43,156 nucleotides of DNA from a virus (IMGVR_UViG_3300024309_000003:1-43156), one strand, 5' to 3'. Positions 8,447 through 16,350 are shown, numbered from the stretch's first letter. Translations and numbers: made by a program. Notes: generated by a model not told the origin, from the letters alone.

Positions 8447-8943
8447 GGCCGCACCCTCCGTCCGGTCATCGACTCGTAGATGATTCGTTCCGCCTGGGCG
8501 CATTGGCAGGCATCGAAAAATCCGAAGTGGCAGGCCTTGGTCTCGATGCCCATGCGCTCGGCCAGCCACGAGTAGGCCGCGCCGCGGTCGCCGCCGAAGC
8601 GTTCCCGACAGATCCGCATGAATCCCGGCTTGACTGACTTCCGGGCCTCGCGGGTTTCCTCGTCGGCGAGCGTGCCCAGCGGCAGGTCGGTGTCCGGGTG
8701 CAGCCCGACATACGCCCGGCAACCCGAGCACAGGTAGACGTACGGCCACTCGCCGTACTCGCGGCCGTAGATTTCCGCATTGCTGACCAGCCCCACGCAC
8801 TCGCCGCAGTGCGGGCAGTCCGTGGGCGCCTCGATGCGGTCTTTCACGCGAGCCAGCGCCCGGCGGGAGACATGCGGTAGCGGGGCGGGTGCGGTGATCT
8901 TGTCCGGGCTTTTGGCGCGGGGATCGATGCCGAGGATGTTCAT
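8443..8943 (-). CDS. Zinc-finger protein (DUF3268-like)
   Basis: CPHCG...YLCSGCRAYVGLHP..PLGTLAD...AYSWLA...CHFGFFD. Confidence 0.8.
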   Translation of the reverse strand: MNILGIDPRAKSPDKITAPAPLPHVSRRALARVKDRIEAPTDCPHCGECVGLVSNAEIYGREYGEWPYVYLCSGCRAYVGLHPDTDLPLGTLADEETREARKSVKPGFMRICRERFGGDRGAAYSWLAERMGIETKACHFGFFDACQCAQAERIIYESMTGRRVRP

Positions 8944-9269
8944 GACTGACCCCCGGCGGCTTTGTTGATCGCCGCCCCGGTCAAGTCCATAACTCGACCC
9001 CATTCGACGCCCGTGATGTCCTCGGCGTTCGGCGGGCACTTGGACAGGTATGCGCGGGCGGCTTTCAGGGCCTCGAGTAGATCGGGGGCGGCCACGATCA
9101 GGCGGACGTCTTCCTCGCGCCAAATGCTCTCGGCGATCAGGTAGTCGCCGTAGTATCCGACGTGATCGTGGCCGCCGTTGATGTTGTACCCAGGCAGCGG
9201 CTGGTCGGAGACGACAGCACCACCGCGAGGCGATGGGGACCAGGTCCCGGGCGTGTGCTTGGCTCCCAT
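8940..9269 (-). CDS. Phage protein of the HTPGPW...AAPDLLEAL family
   Basis: KHTPGTW and LIVAAPDLLEALK. Confidence 0.8.
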   Translation of the reverse strand: MGAKHTPGTWSPSPRGGAVVSDQPLPGYNINGGHDHVGYYGDYLIAESIWREEDVRLIVAAPDLLEALKAARAYLSKCPPNAEDITGVEWGRVMDLTGAAINKAAGGQS

Positions 9270-9270
9270 G

Positions 9271-9549
9271 TCACACCCCCACAAACATCAGCGCCACGAA
9301 CCCGGCCAGCGCCAGCACGCCCACGGCGTCATAGCGGTCAAAGCGGCGGGTACGCTCGGGAAGGTGGACGGCCGGCGACAGCGTGATCGGCAGCGCGGGG
9401 TCGCGCAGCACGCCGATCTCGACGCGCGGCGTCATGGTGCGGCGCCGGTACGTCGGGATAGCGAGGCCGGGATGGCTGGTGGCCGCATCCAGGCGCTGGG
9501 CGCGCCGGCGGGCCTGGATGTAGTGGGGGTTGATGGGCTTATTCATCAT
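9271..9549 (-). CDS. Hypothetical protein with C-terminal membrane anchor
   Basis: GGAGG SD; ends AVGVLALAGFVALMFVGV. Confidence 0.65.
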   Translation of the reverse strand: MMNKPINPHYIQARRRAQRLDAATSHPGLAIPTYRRRTMTPRVEIGVLRDPALPITLSPAVHLPERTRRFDRYDAVGVLALAGFVALMFVGV

Positions 9550-10417
9550 CGGCCTCCACGAAGGCGCCGGCTTCGTCCAGGCGGTAGAACGTGTCCGGCT
9601 TAATGCCGTCCTCGCCAACGTAGGCCACGCTGATGCGCGGGCGGTCTGCGGTCTCGTCGAACCAGGACAGCGCGATCACGCCATCCGGGCCGGCCTTGGC
9701 TTTCGTGCCCCGTCCAGCGCAGGCGATGACCGCTTTCTCTCCGGTAGCTGCGATCCGGGCGGAGTCGCCGCTGCTGCCGATCTGGGCGGAGTCGCCGCTG
9801 CTGCCGATCCGGGCGGAGTCGCCGCTGCTGCCGATCTGGGCGTAGTGGCCGCTGCTGCCGATCCGGGCGGAGTCGCCGCTGCTGCCGATCCGGGCGGAGT
9901 CGCCGCTGCTGCCGATCCGGGCGTAGTGGCCGCTGCTGCCGATCTGGGCGGAGTCGCCGCTGCTGCCGATCCGGGCGGAGTCGCCGCTGCTGCCGATCTG
10001 GGCGTAGTGGCCGCTGCTGCCGATCCGGGCGTAGTGGCCGCTGCTGCCGATCCGGGCGTAGTGCTTGCCGCCGTCGTTCAGGATGTCGGTACCGCTGGCG
10101 TCCGCGGCGACTTCGACCGGCTCGACCTTGGTGGCGTCCTGCACGCTCTTGATCTTAGCGGCGGTGTCCTCGTCGACGGCGGCCATGACGCCGGCCGGGT
10201 CCTTGAGCAGAGAGCGGAACACAGCATCGGTCAGCCAGCGCGAGTCCGCGAACCGGCGGTCATCGCGCAGCGCCTGCTGGACAGCGGCGTAGGTGCCGCC
10301 TTGAGGGAATTTCGTTTCGAACCAGGCGCGTCCGTCGCTGCAGGCGCCCCATTCGCGCAGAGCGCGCATGGTGATGGTGAGGGGGGCGGGCTTGGCGGCC
10401 CGGGCTTTCTTCGGCAT
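9539..10417 (-). CDS. Phage protein with 9-aa IGSSG repeats (predicted beta-solenoid); first gene of the pL operon
   Basis: GACSDG N-terminal motif, 11+ [HY/DS]A[R/Q]IGSSG repeats, C-terminal VGEDGIKPDTFYRL. Confidence 0.85.
   Translation of the reverse strand: MPKKARAAKPAPLTITMRALREWGACSDGRAWFETKFPQGGTYAAVQQALRDDRRFADSRWLTDAVFRSLLKDPAGVMAAVDEDTAAKIKSVQDATKVEPVEVAADASGTDILNDGGKHYARIGSSGHYARIGSSGHYAQIGSSGDSARIGSSGDSAQIGSSGHYARIGSSGDSARIGSSGDSARIGSSGHYAQIGSSGDSARIGSSGDSAQIGSSGDSARIAATGEKAVIACAGRGTKAKAGPDGVIALSWFDETADRPRISVAYVGEDGIKPDTFYRLDEAGAFVEADDE
9752..10063 (-). repeat. 27-bp coding tandem repeat, 11 full units plus 15 bp
   Basis: Units gccgctgctgccgatc[c/t]gggc[ggagtc/gtagtg] read directly. 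Confidence 0.95.
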
Positions 10418-10433
10418 GGTGGTCTCCCAAATC

Positions 10434-10498
10434 ACTACTTAAAGTAGATATCCGTAATTCTACATAAAGTAGAAATGATGTCAACAACTTTAAGTAGA
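10434..10498 (-). promoter_or_regulatory. pL promoter with three oL operators
   Basis: TTGACA (10484..10479)-16-TAGAAT; 15-bp TCTACTTTAAGTAGA-like sites at 10434, 10459 and 10484. Confidence 0.85.
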
Positions 10499-10507
10499 AT
10501 TTTTTGG

Positions 10508-10531
10508 GAAAGAAAAGCCCGCAATGCGGGC
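10508..10531 (-). terminator. Intrinsic terminator insulating pL
   Basis: GCCCGC-att-GCGGGC-TTTTCTTT on minus strand. Confidence 0.75.
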
Positions 10532-10550
10532 CGGTCACCTGCTCGCCCAG

Positions 10551-10742
10551 CTACTCGAGTGCGCTCATAGCATTCTCACCGAGCTGGCGGATGAGATCCT
10601 GGAGGACGATTTGTATCTCTGGGGGAATGGGGAGCCCTTGCGAGGACGCCGATAGGGCGACTAGGACTGCGTGTTGATAGCGCAGTTGCGTCATCCCATA
10701 GCTGTGTTCGTCGTGGTTCGGTCCCTCTGTCGATGTACCCAT
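10551..10742 (-). CDS. 63-aa LexA-controlled protein, candidate antirepressor
   Basis: GGAGG SD, own promoter containing an SOS box, own terminator; function is inference. Confidence 0.6.
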   Translation of the reverse strand: MGTSTEGPNHDEHSYGMTQLRYQHAVLVALSASSQGLPIPPEIQIVLQDLIRQLGENAMSALE

Positions 10743-10771
10743 ACGCCCTCCAAGGTCTGTCCAGCGATTCA

Positions 10772-10800
10772 ATAATACTGTATGAAAAACCAGTTGTAAG
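10772..10800 (-). promoter_or_regulatory. Sigma70 promoter with LexA (SOS) box in the spacer
   Basis: CTTACA-17-TATTAT; taCTGTatgaaaaaCCAGtt (core 10778..10793). Confidence 0.75.
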
Positions 10801-10940
10801 CCTTGCCATCCAGCTGAAATCGTGGAACCAACATCCGGTGCGGTTTTTGGTGCGGCTAGGTGTTTTCCCTTGGTTTTATGTCAGTCTGCGACGGTTTTCC
10901 AAAAACCCGAAATTTTCCCGAAAATTCGATCTCCGGACGC

Positions 10941-10962
10941 AAAAAGCCGCCCGAAGGCGGCT
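10941..10962 (-). terminator. Intrinsic terminator
   Basis: AGCCGCC-TTCG-GGCGGCT-TTTT. Confidence 0.75.
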
Positions 10963-11103
10963 GGGGAGGGTGGAACGGGGCGGCGTTAAGGCAGGGTATC
11001 CAGGCATAAGGAAGTCGCCCGGAGGCGGCTGGTGCCAGGGGTGCGCGTATCTATCTGGCGCGGTGCTGAAATGGAGCCCCGAAACTACTTGAGGAGCACA
11101 ACC

Positions 11104-11295
11104 ATGGAGTTACTTCGCGCATCCATCCATTATATGGACCTACCCACGGGCGAGAGGGTCAAGTACCTCCGACTGATGTGCCGCGCTGGTCGAACCATCA
11201 TCGGTCGATCGGTACTTGCCAGGCGCTTCCCGCCAGAGTTCGTGGCGAGGGTTGAGGTGTTCGAAGCAGCGCACGCGATAGCCGACGGATCCTGA
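11104..11295 (+). CDS. Hypothetical protein, 63 aa (alternative starts at 11032 and 11071)
   Basis: GAGGAG SD before ATG 11104; no recognisable family. Confidence 0.4.
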   Translation: MELLRASIHYMDLPTGERVKYLRLMCRAGRTIIGRSVLARRFPPEFVARVEVFEAAHAIADGS

Positions 11296-11355
11296 CACCA
11301 GGCAGTGCGGCACTCGACACGCCGCCCTGCCGTCAAAACCCGGCGCCCGGACATG

Positions 11356-11377
11356 AAAAGCCCCCTGGAGAGGGCTT
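11356..11377 (-). terminator. Terminator of the membrane-protein pair
   Basis: AAGCCC...GGGCTTTT on minus strand. Confidence 0.55.
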
Positions 11378-11395
11378 GGCGGGCGCCGAGCGATC

Positions 11396-11710
11396 TTACC
11401 GAAACGAGATAATCCCGGGCGGCCGATGAGGCCTTTGAAAGGTTCTCTTCAATAGGGACAGCAACGAAAAGAATCCCGCAAGTGAGATGACGAGCTTGTT
11501 GCCGTGCACGAGAGTATCAAGCGCAGCGGAAGAGAAAACCGTCGCCGAGAGCAGCAGCATGGGAAACAACGTCACCCCATGACTGAGATCTATCATGACG
11601 GCCTCAGTAGTGATTTCCCCACAGACGAGTCGCCTCACCGCCGTGTAGGCAACCGCCATTGCCAGGGTGTACATATCGACCCACGAACCATCAAACGCAA
11701 GATGATCCAT
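11396..11710 (-). CDS. Membrane protein, 104 aa, about 3 TM segments (moron)
   Basis: Three hydrophobic stretches, lower GC, TAATG coupling to upstream gene. Confidence 0.7.
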   Translation of the reverse strand: MDHLAFDGSWVDMYTLAMAVAYTAVRRLVCGEITTEAVMIDLSHGVTLFPMLLLSATVFSSAALDTLVHGNKLVISLAGFFSLLSLLKRTFQRPHRPPGIISFR

Positions 11711-11901
11711 TAGATGAAATGGCCGAACTTTATCGCCGGAATGAGGCTCAGAAGGCTACCAGCAATGGCACCTATGTGATTTAAGTCGAGCTTCCAGACC
11801 TGGACCTCAGAACCGCTGAAAAAGAGTCCAGCTATGGCGGCACCGATGATCCCACCGGCAGCCATTACTTGAAGGGCGGTGATGGTTTTGCGTGCGTTCA
11901 T
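11710..11901 (-). CDS. Membrane protein, 63 aa, about 2 TM segments (moron)
   Basis: GGAG SD; AAGGIIGAAIAGLFF and IGAIAGSLLSLIPAI. Confidence 0.7.
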   Translation of the reverse strand: MNARKTITALQVMAAGGIIGAAIAGLFFSGSEVQVWKLDLNHIGAIAGSLLSLIPAIKFGHFI

Positions 11902-12248
11902 GATTGGGCTCCGAGTCAAAATTTTGACTGTGGATGAGCATCGGCTCGACTTGCCGGGTATTAGAATTATCCCGCCATGGCGGGTTATCCACAGGTATTT
12001 TTCTTGCCCTGGCCTTGTCCATGGCTCTCGTCCATGGGGCCTGACTCCGTGATGCAATGATAATTTGTAACTGTGGACAAGTCAACGCCAAGTTGTGCTA
12101 GGGAAACCTAGAATACGGCGGAAAACACAGCCCATTTCCGCTCACACCCCAACCCCACACCAAAGGCGTGAGCTACCCCTTGCGCAGCGTCCGCCGAAAT
12201 TCGCACAAATCGCAATTCGCACAAATCGCGACCCTGGTTTGTACGGAT

Positions 12249-12662
12249 TCAGGGCGAGCTTTTTGGAGATCTTCCCTCGGCCTCGAATCCCCTCAGCACT
12301 GCATCGACCATGTCGTCGACCTGCCGCAACTGCGCCGGAGCCAGCGCGCCCAAGCGCGCAGCGGTGGATTTTTTCAGGGGCCAAGGCGGAGACGTGCGAT
12401 AGGGGACCACATCTTCTCGCGATGCCGCGGGTTCTGTCCTGAGGTGTGCATCGACACCGAACGCGAGCCATGACGGGCTCTTCCCGACCAAGCCCGCGAG
12501 TTTCTTCAGCCTCGGCTCGCGCGGCATGGCTGTGCCCAAGGTGTAGCGACGTGCCATTTCGTAGGTCACACCCAGCCTTTCCTTGATGTCCACGATTTCT
12601 AGCCCGACCTCGGTCATGGCCTTGGTCAGGCGCTCGGCAAATTCCGGGTATCTAACGGCCAT
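12249..12662 (-). CDS. cI: CI-like XRE HTH repressor lacking the S24 autopeptidase domain
   Basis: FAERLTKAM...LGVTYEMARRY..GTAMP...SPSWLAFG; divergent from cro across operators; only about 137 aa. Confidence 0.8.
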   Translation of the reverse strand: MAVRYPEFAERLTKAMTEVGLEIVDIKERLGVTYEMARRYTLGTAMPREPRLKKLAGLVGKSPSWLAFGVDAHLRTEPAASREDVVPYRTSPPWPLKKSTAARLGALAPAQLRQVDDMVDAVLRGFEAEGRSPKSSP

Positions 12663-12663
12663 T

Positions 12664-12747
12664 TCTACCATAGGTTGAACTTTAGGCGACTTTATGTAGC
12701 GCGTCATTTCTATTTTTGATAGTATTCATGAATCTACTTTAAGTAGA
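12664..12747. promoter_or_regulatory. oR operator region
   Basis: Perfect site TCTACTT-T-AAGTAGA at 12733..12747; weaker copies at 12686, 12709 and 12664; same motif as oL. Confidence 0.8.
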
Positions 12748-12765
12748 AGTTGAGGACCTTCCGAT

Positions 12766-13008
12766 ATGAACGACGCGTATTCCAAAGCAATCAAGCTGCT
12801 TGGCGGGAAATCTGCCGTGGCCGCACGGTTCGGCCTTACGCCGTGGGCCGTCTCCAAATGGTCCCGCCGCGTGCCCGCAGAACGATGCCCAGACCTTGAG
12901 CGGCTGACCAACGGCGCCGTCCGCTGCGAAGACCTGCGTCCGGACGTCGATTGGTCGGTGTTGCGCGCCACGCCGACGCCGGCCACGGCAGGGGGCGAGC
13001 ATGCCTGA
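12766..13008 (+). CDS. cro: Cro-like (YdaS family) regulator
   Basis: GGKSAVAARFGLTPWAVSKW..VPAERCPDLERLTNGAV.CEDLRPD. Confidence 0.88.
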   Translation: MNDAYSKAIKLLGGKSAVAARFGLTPWAVSKWSRRVPAERCPDLERLTNGAVRCEDLRPDVDWSVLRATPTPATAGGEHA

Positions 13009-13114
13009 TCTCCTCGTCATCCTGCTTGCCGCTGCCGGCTTCGGTGCCGGGCTTGCCGTCGGCTACATCCTTGGGCTGTCGGACAGCAGGCGCGGGGAGG
13101 GGTGGAATGGCTGA
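13001..13114 (+). CDS. 37-aa single-TM peptide
   Basis: Hand translation MPDLLVILLAAAGFGAGLAVGYILGLSDSRRGEGWNG; overlaps cro stop. Confidence 0.5.
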   Translation: MPDLLVILLAAAGFGAGLAVGYILGLSDSRRGEGWNG

Positions 13115-13178
13115 GCCGCACCCCTGGCGCCCGGACCCTGCGGACACCCGCATCCCCGTAGGACCGCCCGACACTATC

Positions 13179-13379
13179 TCAGTGCACCGTCGCCGCGCCG
13201 TCGGCCGGCAGACCGCGGCGCCAACTCCAAGCCAGACGCTCGAAGACGGCCTCGATGTGCTCGACCTCGGCGCACTCGCCAAAGGTCTGCAGCGCCAGGC
13301 GCTCGGCTTCATCCATCAATTCGTGTCGCGTTTCTGTGTCCATGGCGGCAGTGTCGCCGCGGCCGTGATTCGCGTCCAT
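13179..13379 (-). CDS. Small acidic protein antisense to the pR operon
   Basis: Protein-like helical composition ending ATVH; start may be 13343. Confidence 0.5.
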   Translation of the reverse strand: MDANHGRGDTAAMDTETRHELMDEAERLALQTFGECAEVEHIEAVFERLAWSWRRGLPADGAATVH

Positions 13380-13443
13380 TCGTGCTTCCCATCCCTGTCA
13401 TTTTTGTCATGGCGCCATTGTGCTGGCGCCTGGAGCCACTGTC

Positions 13444-14013
13444 ATGCGTAGCCTGTCGCAGACCCCGATCGGGATCCTCCGCGAGGAGATTGCCGACTAT
13501 CGCCGAATCCACCAGCTGTCCCGCGAGACCGTGGCACAGTCTATCGTCGAGGCCCACGAGGCCCTGGGTGCCGACGCCTCGACCGGCATCCGGTTCGAGC
13601 CCAAAACGCTCGACGCCTTTGAACGCACCAAGGTCAATGCCGACCGCGTTTTTCGCTGGCTCGACGACAGCACCAAGGACAACAACCTGCTGCCGGCCAA
13701 CTTCCTGGTGTCGCTGCTGGCAGGCCTGCCCGACGACGTCCGGCGGCGCGCGCTCGATCGCATCCTGCTGCCGCTGGGCTTCGCCGTCCGAGCCCTGGGC
13801 GAGGAGCAGGGCGGTGCACCGGTTTCCCCTCACGGTGTCGCCGCGCTCATCCGTGAGCAGAGCGAAGCCGCGGCAGCTGCCACCAGCCTGCTTGGCGAGC
13901 ACGGGCCTGGCGCCCTGGCCGACGCCCGCCGTGAAGTTGCTGAGGCCGTGGATATGGGCCAGAAGGTGCTCGTGCAGATCGAAGCACAGATGGCGGCGGA
14001 GGCGAGGGGATGA
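13444..14013 (+). CDS. CII/YdaT-like regulatory protein
   Basis: Position after cro; NADRVFRWLDD...LLPANF..SLLAGLP motif. Confidence 0.6.
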   Translation: MRSLSQTPIGILREEIADYRRIHQLSRETVAQSIVEAHEALGADASTGIRFEPKTLDAFERTKVNADRVFRWLDDSTKDNNLLPANFLVSLLAGLPDDVRRRALDRILLPLGFAVRALGEEQGGAPVSPHGVAALIREQSEAAAAATSLLGEHGPGALADARREVAEAVDMGQKVLVQIEAQMAAEARG

Positions 14014-14831
14014 TCACGCGCCCGATCGTTCGCTACCACGGCGGCAAGTGGCGGCTGGCGCCCTGGATCATCAGCCACTTTCCCGCGCACCGCGTCTACG
14101 TCGAACCGTTCGGCGGGGGGGGCTCCGTGCTGCTGCGTAAGCCCCGATCTTATGCCGAGATCTACAACGACCTGGACGGCGACATCGTCAACCTGTTCCG
14201 GGTCGCGCGCGACGACGGTGAGCGCCTGGCGCTGGCCTGCGAGCTGACACCCTTTTCCCGGGCCGAGTTCGAGGAATCCTACCTGCCTGCGGATGATCCT
14301 TTGGAACGGGCCCGGCGCACACTGGTGCGTGGCTACATGGGGTTCGGCTCGGCAGCCAGTACCTTCCAAGTCAGTGGTTTTCGCGCAAAAAGCCAGCGCT
14401 CGAACACCACCGGCGCACACGATTGGATGAACTATCCGGACTGTCTGCGCCAGATTATCCAGCGACTGCGGGGTGTTGTGATCGAGTGTCGCGATGCTGT
14501 GGAGTGCATGCGCCAGCACGACAGCCCCCAGACACTGTATTACGTTGATCCTCCCTACGTGCATAGCACTCGTCAACTGAGAACCAGATCGCCGGCGTAC
14601 CGCTACGAGATGACCGACGAGCAACACGAGAAGCTGGCCGGCAACCTGCGGGATCTCGCGGGTATGGTGGTGGTCAGCGGCTACCGCTGCGACCTCTACG
14701 ACCGCCTCTACGCGGGTTGGCAACGGATCGACCGAGCTGCTTATGCCGACGGCGCGCGGCCGCGTGTCGAGTCGCTTTGGCTGTCGCCCAACATCCGCAC
14801 GAACAGCCTGTTTCGGCAGGAGGCGGCGTAA
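14010..14831 (+). CDS. Orphan DNA adenine methyltransferase (D12/Dam class)
   Basis: YHGGK, YVEPFGGGGSV, YNDLD, YVDPPY. Confidence 0.92.
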   Translation: MITRPIVRYHGGKWRLAPWIISHFPAHRVYVEPFGGGGSVLLRKPRSYAEIYNDLDGDIVNLFRVARDDGERLALACELTPFSRAEFEESYLPADDPLERARRTLVRGYMGFGSAASTFQVSGFRAKSQRSNTTGAHDWMNYPDCLRQIIQRLRGVVIECRDAVECMRQHDSPQTLYYVDPPYVHSTRQLRTRSPAYRYEMTDEQHEKLAGNLRDLAGMVVVSGYRCDLYDRLYAGWQRIDRAAYADGARPRVESLWLSPNIRTNSLFRQEAA

Positions 14832-15814
14832 TGGCGCGCATCCGCTCAATTAAGCCCGAATTCTGGACCAGCGAACAGGTCCTCGACTGCTCGCCGATGG
14901 CGCGATTGCTGTTCATCGGTATCTGGAATTTCTGCGACGACGCCGGTAACCACGTTGCCAGCCCGCGCACGATCAAGGCGAACGTGCTGCCCGGTGACGA
15001 TATCGACTCGGCGACCGTTCGAGGATTGCTCGACGAACTCTATCAGAATGGTTTGATAGATTTTTATGTTGTTGAAAATAAACAGTATTTGCACGTTACC
15101 GGCTGGCATCACCAGCGAATCGACAAGCCTACGTACAAGCACCCCGAGTACAAACCGGGGGAAAACGACGAGCGATCAATAGCCGCTCGACGACCATTCG
15201 ACGAGTCCTCGCCCCCGGAGTGGAGTGGAGAGGATGGGAGTGGAATAGGAAAGGAAGAGGAAGCGGCGGCGGCACCTCCCCCGCGTGCGTGCGTACATGC
15301 GCCCGCGCACGAGGCCGAACCGCCCGCCGCGCCGCCTGACGACCCGGAAACCCCTGCCGAACCCCCTGGACCGCCGCCGACCATCCCCGACGAGGTGCCG
15401 AAGCGCGCCACGCAGATCGCCGTGCTGCTGCGCCGCAACGGCGCCGACCCCCGGACCTTACCCAACGACCGGCGTATCGCCGACTGGGCGCGCGACGGCG
15501 TGACCGACGCCCAGCTGCTGCTGGCCCTGGAAACCGCCAAGGCTCGCCGCCAGGCCCAGGGCAGCGACCAGCCCATCGGCACCGCCTACCTGGCGCCGAT
15601 CATAGCCGACCTGCGGACTTCGCCGGCGGAGGCACAGGCAGGCGGGAAACCAGCCGCCGCGCCGCAGGACCAGTGGTGGCGCTCTGATGCCGGCATCGAC
15701 CGCAAGGCCCGGGAACTGGGCATGTTCGCCCGGGCCACCGAGGACTACGCCAGCTTCAAGGACCGGATTTTCGAAGAAATCCGCCGCCGTGAGTCGCAAG
15801 GAGGACAGGCATGA
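14831..15814 (+). CDS. Phage replication initiator / replisome organizer
   Basis: MARIRSIKPEFW...ARLLFIGIWNFCDDAG...W.HQ.I.KP N-terminal domain; Pro-rich linker. Confidence 0.8.
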   Translation: MARIRSIKPEFWTSEQVLDCSPMARLLFIGIWNFCDDAGNHVASPRTIKANVLPGDDIDSATVRGLLDELYQNGLIDFYVVENKQYLHVTGWHHQRIDKPTYKHPEYKPGENDERSIAARRPFDESSPPEWSGEDGSGIGKEEEAAAAPPPRACVHAPAHEAEPPAAPPDDPETPAEPPGPPPTIPDEVPKRATQIAVLLRRNGADPRTLPNDRRIADWARDGVTDAQLLLALETAKARRQAQGSDQPIGTAYLAPIIADLRTSPAEAQAGGKPAAAPQDQWWRSDAGIDRKARELGMFARATEDYASFKDRIFEEIRRRESQGGQA

Positions 15815-16350
15815 AGGGCATTCCCGCCGCCCCCAGGGCGCCGCGCGCCGAGGCTGCGCAAACCGAGCAGCCACGCATCGCCGCCGGCCACTGCTGCGCG
15901 CCGGGCTGCAAGCTGCCGGGCACGATGGCCACCAGCACCACGGGCTCGAGCGAGTGGTACTGCCGCCTGCACTTCGGCGCGTCCTACGCCGACCAGGCCG
16001 ACATCACGCTGCGTGCCAACAACCGCATCGGTCTGTACCGCCTGGCGCTGGCCTGGTCGAACGAGGCGCCCGCCACACCGATCCCCGGCGAGGTGACGGA
16101 CACACTGCGCCGGTTCCGGCGCGAGGGCGCGTTGTCAACGAAGTCGCCCGTCGAGGGTCGCCCGCTGACGATGCGCACGATGGCCAGGGCGCTGCTGTCG
16201 CAGCTGGACGCCGAGTGCCGCGATGCCGCGACCCCGACCTTTGATGGCGACGAGCCGCCCGCCCGGCCCGCCGACACATGGGCCAGTGCGGGTACAGCCG
16301 CACGCGGTGGCCGGCTCCCGCCGGCGGCGTTTGGTCAGGAGGCCGCATGA
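15811..16350 (+). CDS. Hypothetical Cys/His protein
   Basis: CCAPGC...WYCRLH; ATGA-coupled. Confidence 0.65.
   Translation: MKGIPAAPRAPRAEAAQTEQPRIAAGHCCAPGCKLPGTMATSTTGSSEWYCRLHFGASYADQADITLRANNRIGLYRLALAWSNEAPATPIPGEVTDTLRRFRREGALSTKSPVEGRPLTMRTMARALLSQLDAECRDAATPTFDGDEPPARPADTWASAGTAARGGRLPPAAFGQEAA

Noticed and set aside
9752-10063. 27-bp repeats as a CRISPR array
   Set aside because: Units are contiguous with no unique spacers and keep an open reading frame
12766-14013. YdaS/YdaT toxin-antitoxin pair
   Set aside because: Position and operators fit Cro and CII-like regulators of the immunity region
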